From an uncultured Armatimonadia bacterium (GTDB lineage: Bacteria; Armatimonadota; Zipacnadia; CAVVLO01), in NCBI GenBank assembly GCA_963749155.1, contig CAVVLO010000002.1, positions 928,001-992,000 of the forward strand: 64,000 nt of DNA. Reading direction: 5' to 3'. This document shows positions 20,648-29,698 of this stretch, piece after piece. Made by a program: the position numbers and the translations under genes. The notes beneath the pieces were generated by a model. It ran no database searches and had not been told where the DNA came from. It saw nothing but the letters and a program-made list of their open reading frames with translations. The number at the start of each line of letters is the position of its first letter. Position 1 is the first letter of the stretch.

Positions 20648-22591
20648 TTAGCCAAACAGCCGGTAGCCTCTGACGCCGGTGATGGAATCTACAACCAGCC
20701 AGAGCAGCATCATTATGAAGTCGCCCAGGATAAGCCCAAGGAAGAAAGGCCTGGCCTGGCGGTAAAGCTTGAGTCCGCCGTACTTGGTCAGCACGTAGTT
20801 GAGCAGGCTGCCCACAAGCATCGAGAACCACATATAGTTGATGCCCCAGGCTGTACTGGCGGCGTAGCCGATGGGGTGCAAGTGCCACCAGAGGAACCGC
20901 CACCGCATAATTGTAAGGAAGAGCATCATCCCCATCCCGATGAAGATGGCGAAAAACTTTTGAGCCGAGAAGCTCTGCGGGAAGGACACCACCGAGATAA
21001 GCTCATCGAAAGGCCGCTGGCCGACATGCACATAACGATAGCCATCCAGGGCTGCCCCACCCCCGTGCGTGTGCACCAGGTAGATCATCGCCCAGTAGGC
21101 GGCGACCATCCCGATGACGATGCCCACCAGGCTCAGCACGGTCAGCCCCCGACGCGGAAGCGACTTCTGCTCGATTATCTTGAAGGCCTCGAAGGCGTGT
21201 GGTCCCACTGCGCCTTTGAAATTCCAGGTGAAATAGGGCATCGAGAAGATGATTTGCCAGGTCTGTTGGCTGAAGCTGCCCCCTCCGTCCAGTGAGAAGA
21301 GGACGTAGTTCGGGGCACTTTGCGCAGCCCAGAGGAAGTTGGTGCCGCCCTCGGCCATCATCCTGTGAGTGGCGATCATGTAGATCAGTGTCAGGATGAA
21401 GAAGACCAGCCCCAGCCAGTAGGGCATCCCCGAAAGCGCCATCCAGCCGCCCAGGGCAAGGATGCCTAATACACTTCCCAGCACGGCCAGCCGGTAGGGC
21501 GGGTCACCAGGGGCCATCTTCACGCGACCAATTACTTTTTGCCAGATCTCGGCAAAGTGATGTCTTGCGGTAAAGAACAGAATGCCCACCAGCATCATCA
21601 GTGAGCCGGTCATCTGAGCGACAATGTACGGGAATTGCGCGTCTCTGAGCCCTCTACTGTCCCCTGCAAAGGACCAGCCCGTCCAGGCGCCGAAGACACA
21701 CTCGAGCTTGAAGAGGAAGAAGAAGACCCACATCGAGACAGCAATATCAAAGGGTAGCAAGAAGGCATATCCGATCACACAGAAGTAGACACAGATGAAG
21801 AACTGCCCGATGCTGCTCCAGGGTCGGTCGGTAAAGTGGTGCCCGAGGTCAATCATCAACAAGGGGATCTGCGGCACCGCCGGGAAATATGTGTGCAGCC
21901 CATTGAGCAGATGCACGACGCCAGGCACAGCGGCGCCAATCCAGAGCAGCTTGTTACGGAGCATTGGCGCCCAGAGGCCCTTCTCGGGCTCCTCCATAAG
22001 CGCAAGTGGCAGCTGCACCAGAGGGAAGGAAAGCCGCTCGCGGCGGATCCATTGCTCCTCGAACAAGACGGCCAGGCACTGGAAGACAAAGTAGAGGAGG
22101 AACACCATCGAACCGATGGAGAGCAGAGGTTTGATCCACTGGCTCCACTGGATTGCGAAAGCCGGCGCGCCTTCGTAGAAACGCCTGATGACCTCTGGGT
22201 CTCGCGGCCCCCACCACTTGGGGATTAGCTGCAGATATTCGCCATAATGGTTCGAGAGACTCTGATAATAGAAAGGCCCTGTCGTGACGGGCACTACCCA
22301 TTGGGAGAACTGGCAAGAGAGGACTGGTGCGGCAGCGAGCAGCACGACATAACTGGTAGCCAGTTCCTGCAGGCTGAAAGGCCTCATCCCCAGCCGGCGC
22401 GGGATTATGCGCAGCAGAGGGTTAATCGCTAGCGCGAAGATGATAAGTGTGACCAGAGCAACGCCTGGTGGCGAGAAGGAGCCAAGCTGGGTCGCCGAGA
22501 GGACTATCTCGACATAGGGATCTATCCAGGCCCAGACGACGACCAGCACCAGAGCAAGTATAATCGACCTTGCCGAGAGCTTCTCGCGCAA
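20648..22591 (-). CDS. DUF6785/DUF6784-type polytopic membrane protein (putative transporter)
   Basis: Probable TTG start at 22591 after GGGGAGGT; QW...ERLSFPLVQLP, NGLH..FP.VP, RWRFLWWHLHPIGY, YGG..LY..ARPFFLGLILGD; many TM helices. Confidence 0.75.
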   Translation of the reverse strand: MREKLSARSIILALVLVVVWAWIDPYVEIVLSATQLGSFSPPGVALVTLIIFALAINPLLRIIPRRLGMRPFSLQELATSYVVLLAAAPVLSCQFSQWVVPVTTGPFYYQSLSNHYGEYLQLIPKWWGPRDPEVIRRFYEGAPAFAIQWSQWIKPLLSIGSMVFLLYFVFQCLAVLFEEQWIRRERLSFPLVQLPLALMEEPEKGLWAPMLRNKLLWIGAAVPGVVHLLNGLHTYFPAVPQIPLLMIDLGHHFTDRPWSSIGQFFICVYFCVIGYAFLLPFDIAVSMWVFFFLFKLECVFGAWTGWSFAGDSRGLRDAQFPYIVAQMTGSLMMLVGILFFTARHHFAEIWQKVIGRVKMAPGDPPYRLAVLGSVLGILALGGWMALSGMPYWLGLVFFILTLIYMIATHRMMAEGGTNFLWAAQSAPNYVLFSLDGGGSFSQQTWQIIFSMPYFTWNFKGAVGPHAFEAFKIIEQKSLPRRGLTVLSLVGIVIGMVAAYWAMIYLVHTHGGGAALDGYRYVHVGQRPFDELISVVSFPQSFSAQKFFAIFIGMGMMLFLTIMRWRFLWWHLHPIGYAASTAWGINYMWFSMLVGSLLNYVLTKYGGLKLYRQARPFFLGLILGDFIMMLLWLVVDSITGVRGYRLFG

Positions 22592-22595
22592 GTTG

Positions 22596-24399
22596 TTACC
22601 TCCCCTCAAAGGCAAGTCGTGGCCAACGCTCGTACGCGCGCAGCTCATACACCCCTGCCAGAGTGGCGCCGTTAGTTTCAATCACTTCCAAAACAAGCTG
22701 CTCAGCCTCACGCGGCTCGAACTCGTGCCTGCGAACGCGCTGGTAGTTGGCTTCTTCCTCCGCCACGACCTCGCCCTGTCCGCCTGTTGCAAGCCACACT
22801 CGGTAGTGTTTTGGCGTCTCTGGGATCGCCCTGGGCGCGAACTGGGCACCGCGATAACTATTCAGGTTGGTATCGAAGGTGATTTGCACCGCGCCAATTT
22901 TTGTCGGTCGCTTGAAGTGCAATGTCACATACTGGGGGAAGAGCCCCTCCGCTACCCACTTGTGCGCCGGCGCCTCCACCAGTTGACGATTATGACCATC
23001 GGTCACGGCAGCCGCAGGCAGGTCGGGAGATTCCGAGGAGGCTGACACCGTTGCCTTACGGGCCAGGTCCAGCGGGTCATCGTTGGTCAGGCCCAAAATC
23101 GTTGCATCCTCGCGCAGCAGCGTCTGCTGCAACTCTTCAAGGTACATACGGACTATCCCGCGCGGGGTTGTGCCATATGCCGCGCAGAAAGCCGCACAGG
23201 CGCCGACCGCTTGTCCCATCGCCCCGCAGGTCTTCATCACCCGGTAAGAGCCATGCGCCACGTGGGTGCCGCTGATATTGCGCCCTGCAAACATTACGTT
23301 ATCCAAATCTTTCGAGTAGAGCGCTCTCAGCGGGATGTCATACAGGTCCGGCCAGTCGTAGTAGACGATGCGCGGCCGCTCAGGATCGGGCACCGCCTCG
23401 TGCTGGTCGATTGGGAAGCCGCCATAGGCTACCCGGTCGAAGAGACGCTCCTGCGGGTAGAGGTCGTGCTGGGTCAGCGTGTAATCGCCGATAAACCTGC
23501 GACTCTCTCTCTTGCCGAGCAGTGGGCTTATCCACGCAAGCTGGTAGTTGGCCATCGCTTCAGCCTGGGGAGAACGATTCTTCGACCCAGTCAACCGTCG
23601 CGTAGATCTGCTCCAGCAGCTTGCGATAGATAATATCTTCATCGCGCAAGGCATCGAGTTGGCCGCCCCACTCGGTCGCCCAGCAGATAACCACCGACCT
23701 GCCGTCTCTCACCACCGGCGGCGTTCCATAAACGACGTCGGAAGCGTCCTTATAGACTGGCGTGCCAGGTGGCGGAGTAAATTCGACAGGTTTGCCGGTG
23801 TTGACCAACCAGTATATGAGGCTTGCGCCCGCAACGTTCAGGTCAGGCTGCTCGGGAGCAAAACACTCCTTGAACTCCTCTCTGCCCTCTCTGCCATACC
23901 GGAAGCTGCACCCCAGCGAGGCCGCGATATCACCATCTCCGGTCGCGTCCACAAGCACATGCTCAATAGTCAGCCTGCGCGTTTCGTGCCGCGAGCCTTG
24001 GGCGATAGTCACTTCGCTAACCTTGAAGCCCGTGCGCTCAGCGGAGAGGGCCAGGCTCTTCAGATAAAGGTGGACGCCTGCCTCCTCGCATTTACGGCGT
24101 AAGAGGTCGCTCCAGCGCGAGTTGAAATAGGGGATGACACCCGGCGCCGGCTCGAAGAAGGCCCCCTCGTGCAGGGCCTCCAGTTCCAGTTCTTCGACGA
24201 TACCGGTCTCTTGTGCCCAGGGCCGGTTGCCATGCTCGGTCGCGCCGAGAATATGGATGCCGAACATTGCACTGGACAAGCCTCCCAGCACCTGCTCGCG
24301 CTCGACCAGGGCCACGCGAGCCCCCAGGCGCGCCGCCTGGATGGATGCGCAGACGCCTGAAAGCCCTCCTCCCAGCACTACCACTTCATAATGAGGCAA
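22596..24399 (-). CDS. FAD-dependent oxidoreductase (FAD_oxidored-like) with C-terminal discoidin/F5-8-like domain; frameshift near 23583
   Basis: VVVLGGGLSG, DATGDGD, RESRRF.GDY.LT.D, YDIPLR.L, AGRNIS.TH.A..S.RVM.TC, C-terminal ATVSASSE...W...VYELRAY. Confidence 0.85.
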
Positions 24400-24405
24400 T
24401 CGAGG

Positions 24406-26892
24406 CTACCTCCTGCGGACCTCGAGGATATCCCAACCGCGCGCCTTTACGCCATAGTCGGGTACGATAAGGGTTGCGCCTTCGTGAGTGAATTCAACTG
24501 GTCTGTTACGCTTCAGGCTCCAAAGCTCCAGTTCATCGAAAGGCAAGTCAACAAGATAGTCCGCGGTGTTGAATTTCAAAGTAATCGTGTCGAAGGCCGG
24601 TCCTGGATTCCACATACAAAGGAACCCGAACTTGCCCTTTAGTTCGTTCCTGAGGTGAGCAATTGCATCGATGTGCGGCGGCTCGGTCACGCCCTCATCC
24701 CAGGAGTCCCAGGTCGGTTCGGTCAGAATCTGAGTATACTGGAGGAACTCCCTGTTCTCCCAGTTCCAGTTTATCCACTTTGTGATGGCGGCCTGTTCCT
24801 CGGGAGTCATCTCCGGCAGCTTGCCATGGATTTCCACATTGCTTATAAAGGCGCCAATCGTCGTGAAATGGTACTCCAGCGCGTCCACACTGGCTGGTGG
24901 CGTGTGGCAGGGCGTCTCCCAGGCGATGCAGAAACTCGGCCGCGTGCTGGCGAGGCTATACAGCGAGCGCCGGTAGATGTCGGCATTCTTGTACCACCAG
25001 TCGAGTTGGTCCATCCTGCTCGGGTCATAACCTATCGCCCAATCGCCAAACCAGCCCTCCTCCTGCATATCGCAGACCTCGGGCCCGCCTTCCCAGCCCC
25101 GGTCAACGATGAAGCCGGGACGCGCCTTGCGCAGCGCGTCACCGAAGGCAGTCCAGCTTTCTACCTGTGCCGCCACAGACTGCCCAGGCAGATGGTCGTG
25201 CCCCGCGCCCGTGCATCCATCGTGGAAGAGTCCCGAGTCACACTTGAAGAAGTCGACCTTCGCCTCTTTAGCAATGCCGACAAAGTGATTGGTCAGCCAG
25301 TCACCCCAGTCGCTGGCCATGCACATCCCCAGGTGGCTGCCCCACTCGTGCTGGATTGAGCCATCAGGATAAGTGATTAGCCAGTCGGCATGTTCGGTGG
25401 CGTTTTGCGTGTTGGGCGAGGTCATAATCGGCGACATCCAGATACCGAATTTCATCCCTGCCTTGCGCGTGGCATCGGAAACCGGACGCAGTCCTTCGGG
25501 AAACTTGGCGTAGTCTATTACCCAGTCGCCAAACCGGTGGCCGCCGTCCTCTGTGAGGGCGCTCTTCTGCCATCCATCATCAATCACGAAATACTGGCAG
25601 CCAATCTCCCTGGCCAGTGGGATTAGTTCATAACACTGGTCGGCGGTTATGCCCGCGTAATAGCCGAACCAGGTGTTATAAAGAGGGGGCACCGCGCGCG
25701 GGCTGGATTTCACATAATGGTAGTTGGAAAAAAGTTGCACGGTGAAATCAGCCACTCGCCGGTCGCCCTCGACGACCGCAAACAGTGCTTTGCGAGTCTC
25801 AAAAGGCTGCTCTGAGAGCGCCTCCATCGGCGAATACCAGCACCTGGCTAACTGGCCTTTCAGCTCGCGCTGGCCTAGATAGCTGAAAACTCCTGACACC
25901 AGGCCTGCTCGGGCAGGCTCCGGCAGCCGCGTAAACTGGGAGTGGCCCTCCAGCCAGTCATTGCCGCTCTTCTCCGGAAAGCTGAAACTTGGGAAGCTGA
26001 CTTCGGTCAGTAACTTGCCCTGCGTGGCGCTGGCGACGTCCACCCAGGTTGTGACCCAGGGCTGGTCGCCCTTGAAAAGGCCGTAGTGGAGCGCGCAAGT
26101 GAGCCCTTCGGTCTCGGGCTGATTGCCGACCAGATTGAAAGTGACTTCCATACCGGCGCTGGTTTCAGTTTGCTTCCAGCTCTCAAGCAAGAAGCCTGAA
26201 GCCAGGTCCGCGCGCTGCCTGGATCTGGCTGTACTACTCGCTGTCACAGGGCCATAGATGCCGTTGGGATGGCCATGACCGGTCAGGCGGATAGCCAGAC
26301 TGGAAGCGCCCTCGGGCACCTCCACTTTATAGGTCATACCCCAGGGGCCTTCCTCAGGCTTGACCGAAAGCAGCAGCTTGCCGCCTGCCCAGATATCGGC
26401 TTCATCGTCCAGCGCCTGGCTGAAAGTAACCTGGCGCGTGCCGGGTGGAAGAGGCAGTCGCAGGTACCAGGTGGCGTTCTCCTCGTCGGTGCGGAAGGGC
26501 AGTTTCAGTTCTTCCCAGCCTGTATCATCGAAGTCTTCCTCTTGCCAACCCTCGGAGGCTGTCCGGCTCATCCGCGCGGCTAGCAGAGCCTGACCCGGGT
26601 CAGAGAATTCCTCTGCGGAGGCAAGCTCAAGCAGCGCCGCTCCAGCCCCGCTCGGGTAGACCTGCCCCGAAGCCAGGTCAGTGATAGACTCAACCACCAG
26701 GCCACCTGCGGTTTGCCCAAGCGCAAGCTCGATCCGGTCGTTGCCCAGCAGGAAACCAGCCTCAGTCTGCCGGGCCTTACAGGCTTCTCCCTTGAAGAAA
26801 TCGCCTGCATTTTTGCTGTTGTCGGCGAAGGCGCCAGTTGATGCCAGGCTTATCAGTGCAGTCAGGATTGCGAGCGCAAGAGTCCCTCTCAT
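24406..26892 (-). CDS. Secreted GH36-family alpha-galactosidase-like glycoside hydrolase
   Basis: Signal peptide; YNTW, FVIDDGWQ, GDW....KFPEGL, KFGIW.SP, FFKCD (nucleophile Asp); inserted jelly-roll-like segment (TWYLR...DDEADIW). Confidence 0.85.
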   Translation of the reverse strand: MRGTLALAILTALISLASTGAFADNSKNAGDFFKGEACKARQTEAGFLLGNDRIELALGQTAGGLVVESITDLASGQVYPSGAGAALLELASAEEFSDPGQALLAARMSRTASEGWQEEDFDDTGWEELKLPFRTDEENATWYLRLPLPPGTRQVTFSQALDDEADIWAGGKLLLSVKPEEGPWGMTYKVEVPEGASSLAIRLTGHGHPNGIYGPVTASSTARSRQRADLASGFLLESWKQTETSAGMEVTFNLVGNQPETEGLTCALHYGLFKGDQPWVTTWVDVASATQGKLLTEVSFPSFSFPEKSGNDWLEGHSQFTRLPEPARAGLVSGVFSYLGQRELKGQLARCWYSPMEALSEQPFETRKALFAVVEGDRRVADFTVQLFSNYHYVKSSPRAVPPLYNTWFGYYAGITADQCYELIPLAREIGCQYFVIDDGWQKSALTEDGGHRFGDWVIDYAKFPEGLRPVSDATRKAGMKFGIWMSPIMTSPNTQNATEHADWLITYPDGSIQHEWGSHLGMCMASDWGDWLTNHFVGIAKEAKVDFFKCDSGLFHDGCTGAGHDHLPGQSVAAQVESWTAFGDALRKARPGFIVDRGWEGGPEVCDMQEEGWFGDWAIGYDPSRMDQLDWWYKNADIYRRSLYSLASTRPSFCIAWETPCHTPPASVDALEYHFTTIGAFISNVEIHGKLPEMTPEEQAAITKWINWNWENREFLQYTQILTEPTWDSWDEGVTEPPHIDAIAHLRNELKGKFGFLCMWNPGPAFDTITLKFNTADYLVDLPFDELELWSLKRNRPVEFTHEGATLIVPDYGVKARGWDILEVRRR

Positions 26893-26971
26893 TGCTGGCC
26901 TCCAGAGCGGAATTATTCAACTTATAGTTCCCCCTGGGTGGCCCTTGTCCTCTTGCGGGCAGGCTTCGCGG

Positions 26972-27000
26972 TTGACAGAGTGCCCCTGGCTGCTTAAGGT
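26972..27000 (+). promoter_or_regulatory. Sigma70-type promoter for the MBL-GNAT genes
   Basis: Perfect -35 TTGACA, 17-nt spacer, TAAGGT. Confidence 0.65.
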
Positions 27001-27030
27001 TGCCTCTACCTCAGCGCAAGGAGTCATCCA

Positions 27031-27834
27031 GTGAGCAGCTTCATCACGTTCCTCGGTACGGGCGGCGCCCGGTTTGTCGTAAGCCAGCAACTGCGTCATT
27101 CGGGAGGGATTTGGTTTAACCTGGGCGGGGTGCAATTCCACGTCGATCCCGGCCCAGGCGCGCTGGTGCGGGCGCTTGCCAGCAAGCCCAAACTCGACCC
27201 GCGCAAGCTGGAAGCGGTCATCCTCACCCACAAGCATCTTGACCACGCCAACGATGTCAACATAATGGCCGAGGCAATGAGCAACGGCGGATTTGACAAG
27301 CGCGGCCTGCTGCTTGCGCCCTCTGACTGCTGGGAAGGAGACCCTGTTATCCGCGAATATCTGCATCCTTACGTCGCCCGGCGTGAGCGGCTTTCGCCTG
27401 GCAGTCAGCATCAGGTCGGGCCTGTCATCATCAGAGCCACTGCCAGTCCAATGCGTCATGGCGCCGCTGAGACATATGGCTTGCTGATTGAATACCAGGA
27501 TCTGTGCATCGGTTATGTCTCCGACACGGATTACTTCGATGAGTTGCCTGGCCTGTTTGCGGGTTGTCAGGTGCTAATCGTAAACGTCGTGATGCATGCT
27601 AACGATCGCCCCGACATCCTGCATATGAGCCTCGAAGACGCCGCGCTGTTGCTGCAGGAAGTGCATCCTGAAGCTGGAATCCTTACGCACTTCGGTCTTA
27701 TGATGCTGCGCGAAAAACCCTGGCTGGAAGCGGCCCGCCTTACCAAACAGCTCGGGCTCAGGGTAGTGGCAGCCTCTGATGGATTGAGTTTTCCACTTGA
27801 TGACTGGCTTGGGGGCGATGAAGATGGAATCTAA
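27031..27834 (+). CDS. MBL-fold metallo-hydrolase (RNase Z/PhnP-like)
   Basis: FLGTGG, VDPGPG, THKHLDH (HxHxDH), SDT, THFG. Confidence 0.88.
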   Translation: MSSFITFLGTGGARFVVSQQLRHSGGIWFNLGGVQFHVDPGPGALVRALASKPKLDPRKLEAVILTHKHLDHANDVNIMAEAMSNGGFDKRGLLLAPSDCWEGDPVIREYLHPYVARRERLSPGSQHQVGPVIIRATASPMRHGAAETYGLLIEYQDLCIGYVSDTDYFDELPGLFAGCQVLIVNVVMHANDRPDILHMSLEDAALLLQEVHPEAGILTHFGLMMLREKPWLEAARLTKQLGLRVVAASDGLSFPLDDWLGGDEDGI

Positions 27835-29032
27835 ACCCAGAAGAGTCTATCTCGAAGAGTTTGGCGAGTTGCTGGACCTGCTGGAGACAGTATTTCGCGG
27901 CAACCGGCTTTTCTTTGAGCATATTCTGTCCAAAGATCCCTGGATGAAAGAGCGGCTTACTTTTGTCATCGAAGAAGATGGCAAGCTGGTCAGTCATGTC
28001 AGTTGCCATATGCGGCCCGTCCGGTTCGGTTCTATCGAGGTGCCGATGGGGGGTATAGGCCATGTCGCCACCCTGCCACAGTATCGCGAGCGACATCATT
28101 CGACCGCCCTGTTGCAAGCGGTCATAGACGGGATGGAGCTCGCCGAGACACCCCTCTCGCTGCTCTTTACGGGCATCAATGCCTTCTACGAGCGCCTCCA
28201 CTGGTATGGCCTGGAACGGGTGGATTATTCTTTTTCAGCCGATGACGCCCTCTGGCTGCCGCGTGGCGAATATGAACTGCGTGCCTTTGGGGAGGAAGAC
28301 CTGCCAGCCGTGATGAGCCTGTATAGCAAGGTCTCTCTCGCCTATACCCTCTCACTCGCCCGCAGCGAGACTTACTGGCGCAACTGGTGGACCTGGGCGG
28401 ATCCAGATCGCCGGGTTTCAGATGATCCGCGCTGCTTCCAATTGGCTTTCGCAGACGACCAGTTGGTGGCGTATGGCCTCTTCCGACCGGGGGAGGAGAG
28501 CACCGGCATCGCCGAACTGCTGGGCTTGCCTGGCCACGAACAAGCGATGGCTGCTCTGGTGGCGAACGCCGCGGGCCAATTCGGCAAGCCGGCTTTTGGG
28601 ATGCGCCTTATCAAGCATCACCCCTATACCGATGCCTTGCTGGCAGCAGGCGCCAAGCTTGAATCGAGTCTCTCGTACGGCAGTATGTTCCGTGTTAACA
28701 GTCTCTATGTGTTGCTTAAGTGCCTGCTGCCCGAGCTCGGGCGACGCCTGGCTGCGGCTGGGGGCGGCAGTGGGAAATTAGTCATCGGGCACTTCTCGGG
28801 GGCGGTCGCGCTTGAGAGCTCGGGCGACCAGGTCACGGTGGCCCCCGCCAGCAGAGCCGAACCTGATCTCCAGTTGCCCGAGACCACGCTGCTCAGCCTG
28901 CTAATCGGGGTAGGCGAACCGCTGGAGACCCTGGGCGAAGCTGCCTCAAAGCTCCAACCCGAACAGCGCAGCCTGCTTGCGGCTCTCTTCCCCGCCGGTA
29001 TGCCCCAATACTGGCCGGGAGATGGCTTCTAG
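27824..29032 (+). CDS. Eis-like GNAT acetyltransferase with C-terminal SCP2-like domain
   Basis: GGIGHVATLPQYR, FYERL.W, second GNAT-like region, C-terminal sterol-carrier-like domain ending LFP...W..D.F. Confidence 0.8.
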   Translation: MESKPRRVYLEEFGELLDLLETVFRGNRLFFEHILSKDPWMKERLTFVIEEDGKLVSHVSCHMRPVRFGSIEVPMGGIGHVATLPQYRERHHSTALLQAVIDGMELAETPLSLLFTGINAFYERLHWYGLERVDYSFSADDALWLPRGEYELRAFGEEDLPAVMSLYSKVSLAYTLSLARSETYWRNWWTWADPDRRVSDDPRCFQLAFADDQLVAYGLFRPGEESTGIAELLGLPGHEQAMAALVANAAGQFGKPAFGMRLIKHHPYTDALLAAGAKLESSLSYGSMFRVNSLYVLLKCLLPELGRRLAAAGGGSGKLVIGHFSGAVALESSGDQVTVAPASRAEPDLQLPETTLLSLLIGVGEPLETLGEAASKLQPEQRSLLAALFPAGMPQYWPGDGF

Positions 29033-29082
29033 ACAGGGAGTGCTAACATATCTAGAGTGACCCCTTCAGGGAGGTGGCTTCG

Positions 29083-29601
29083 ATGCGCCTGGGACTTCTT
29101 TTGGTAATGCTGCTTCTGGCTGCCTTGCTTGCAGGTTGCAGTCCTGGCTCGGTTGATATTGATATCGCCGAAGTGAGGCTGACCTGGACCGACTCGGCGA
29201 CTTCTCACCTGGCGCTTTATGCTTTCAGTCTCGATTCGGGCGGCGAAGTTATCGCCGTGCTGATGCTCGCGAATCCTGTTGAATATCCCCATGAGTTCAC
29301 TCTGCCTCCTGAAGGCTGGGCGCGCGTCGCAATCGCGGTAGAATACCTGGACGGAAGTGAGGCGGCTACTCCCCGGCTGCGCGTCAGAGGGTATCTCGAA
29401 GATGACGAGGTGCTGGACGAAACCTATACAGGCCCCATAATTGATGCGGCTTCGCCCTGGTGGCTTGCCAAATTCTTGCGCATAGACGAGGAAGCACTGG
29501 ATGTGCGCGACTACGAAGGGCCTACGATTGATGAAATCGAAGACCTGCTCGGCAGGGCCCGGGCAAAGGGGCTGACTCCAGGCGCCTGGGTCGAATTGTA
29601 A
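29083..29601 (+). CDS. Hypothetical lipoprotein
   Basis: GGAGG RBS, MRLGLLLVMLLLAALLAGC lipobox; no recognisable family. Confidence 0.65.
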   Translation: MRLGLLLVMLLLAALLAGCSPGSVDIDIAEVRLTWTDSATSHLALYAFSLDSGGEVIAVLMLANPVEYPHEFTLPPEGWARVAIAVEYLDGSEAATPRLRVRGYLEDDEVLDETYTGPIIDAASPWWLAKFLRIDEEALDVRDYEGPTIDEIEDLLGRARAKGLTPGAWVEL

Positions 29602-29629
29602 TTTCGCCCAAGAATCTTCCGAAAACTAG

Positions 29630-29683
29630 TTGTACCCCCCATATGGTGTGGTATGATTATTTTCCACAAACAACATATTGTCT
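29630..29683 (+). promoter_or_regulatory. nrdJ promoter with two NrdR boxes
   Basis: TTGTAC-16 nt-TATGAT with extended TG. NrdR-like 16-mers ACCCCCCATATGGTGT (29634-29649) and AAACAACATATTGTCT (29668-29683) versus consensus acaCwAtATaTwGtgt. Confidence 0.75.
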
Positions 29684-29698
29684 TCTGGGGGGAGACGC

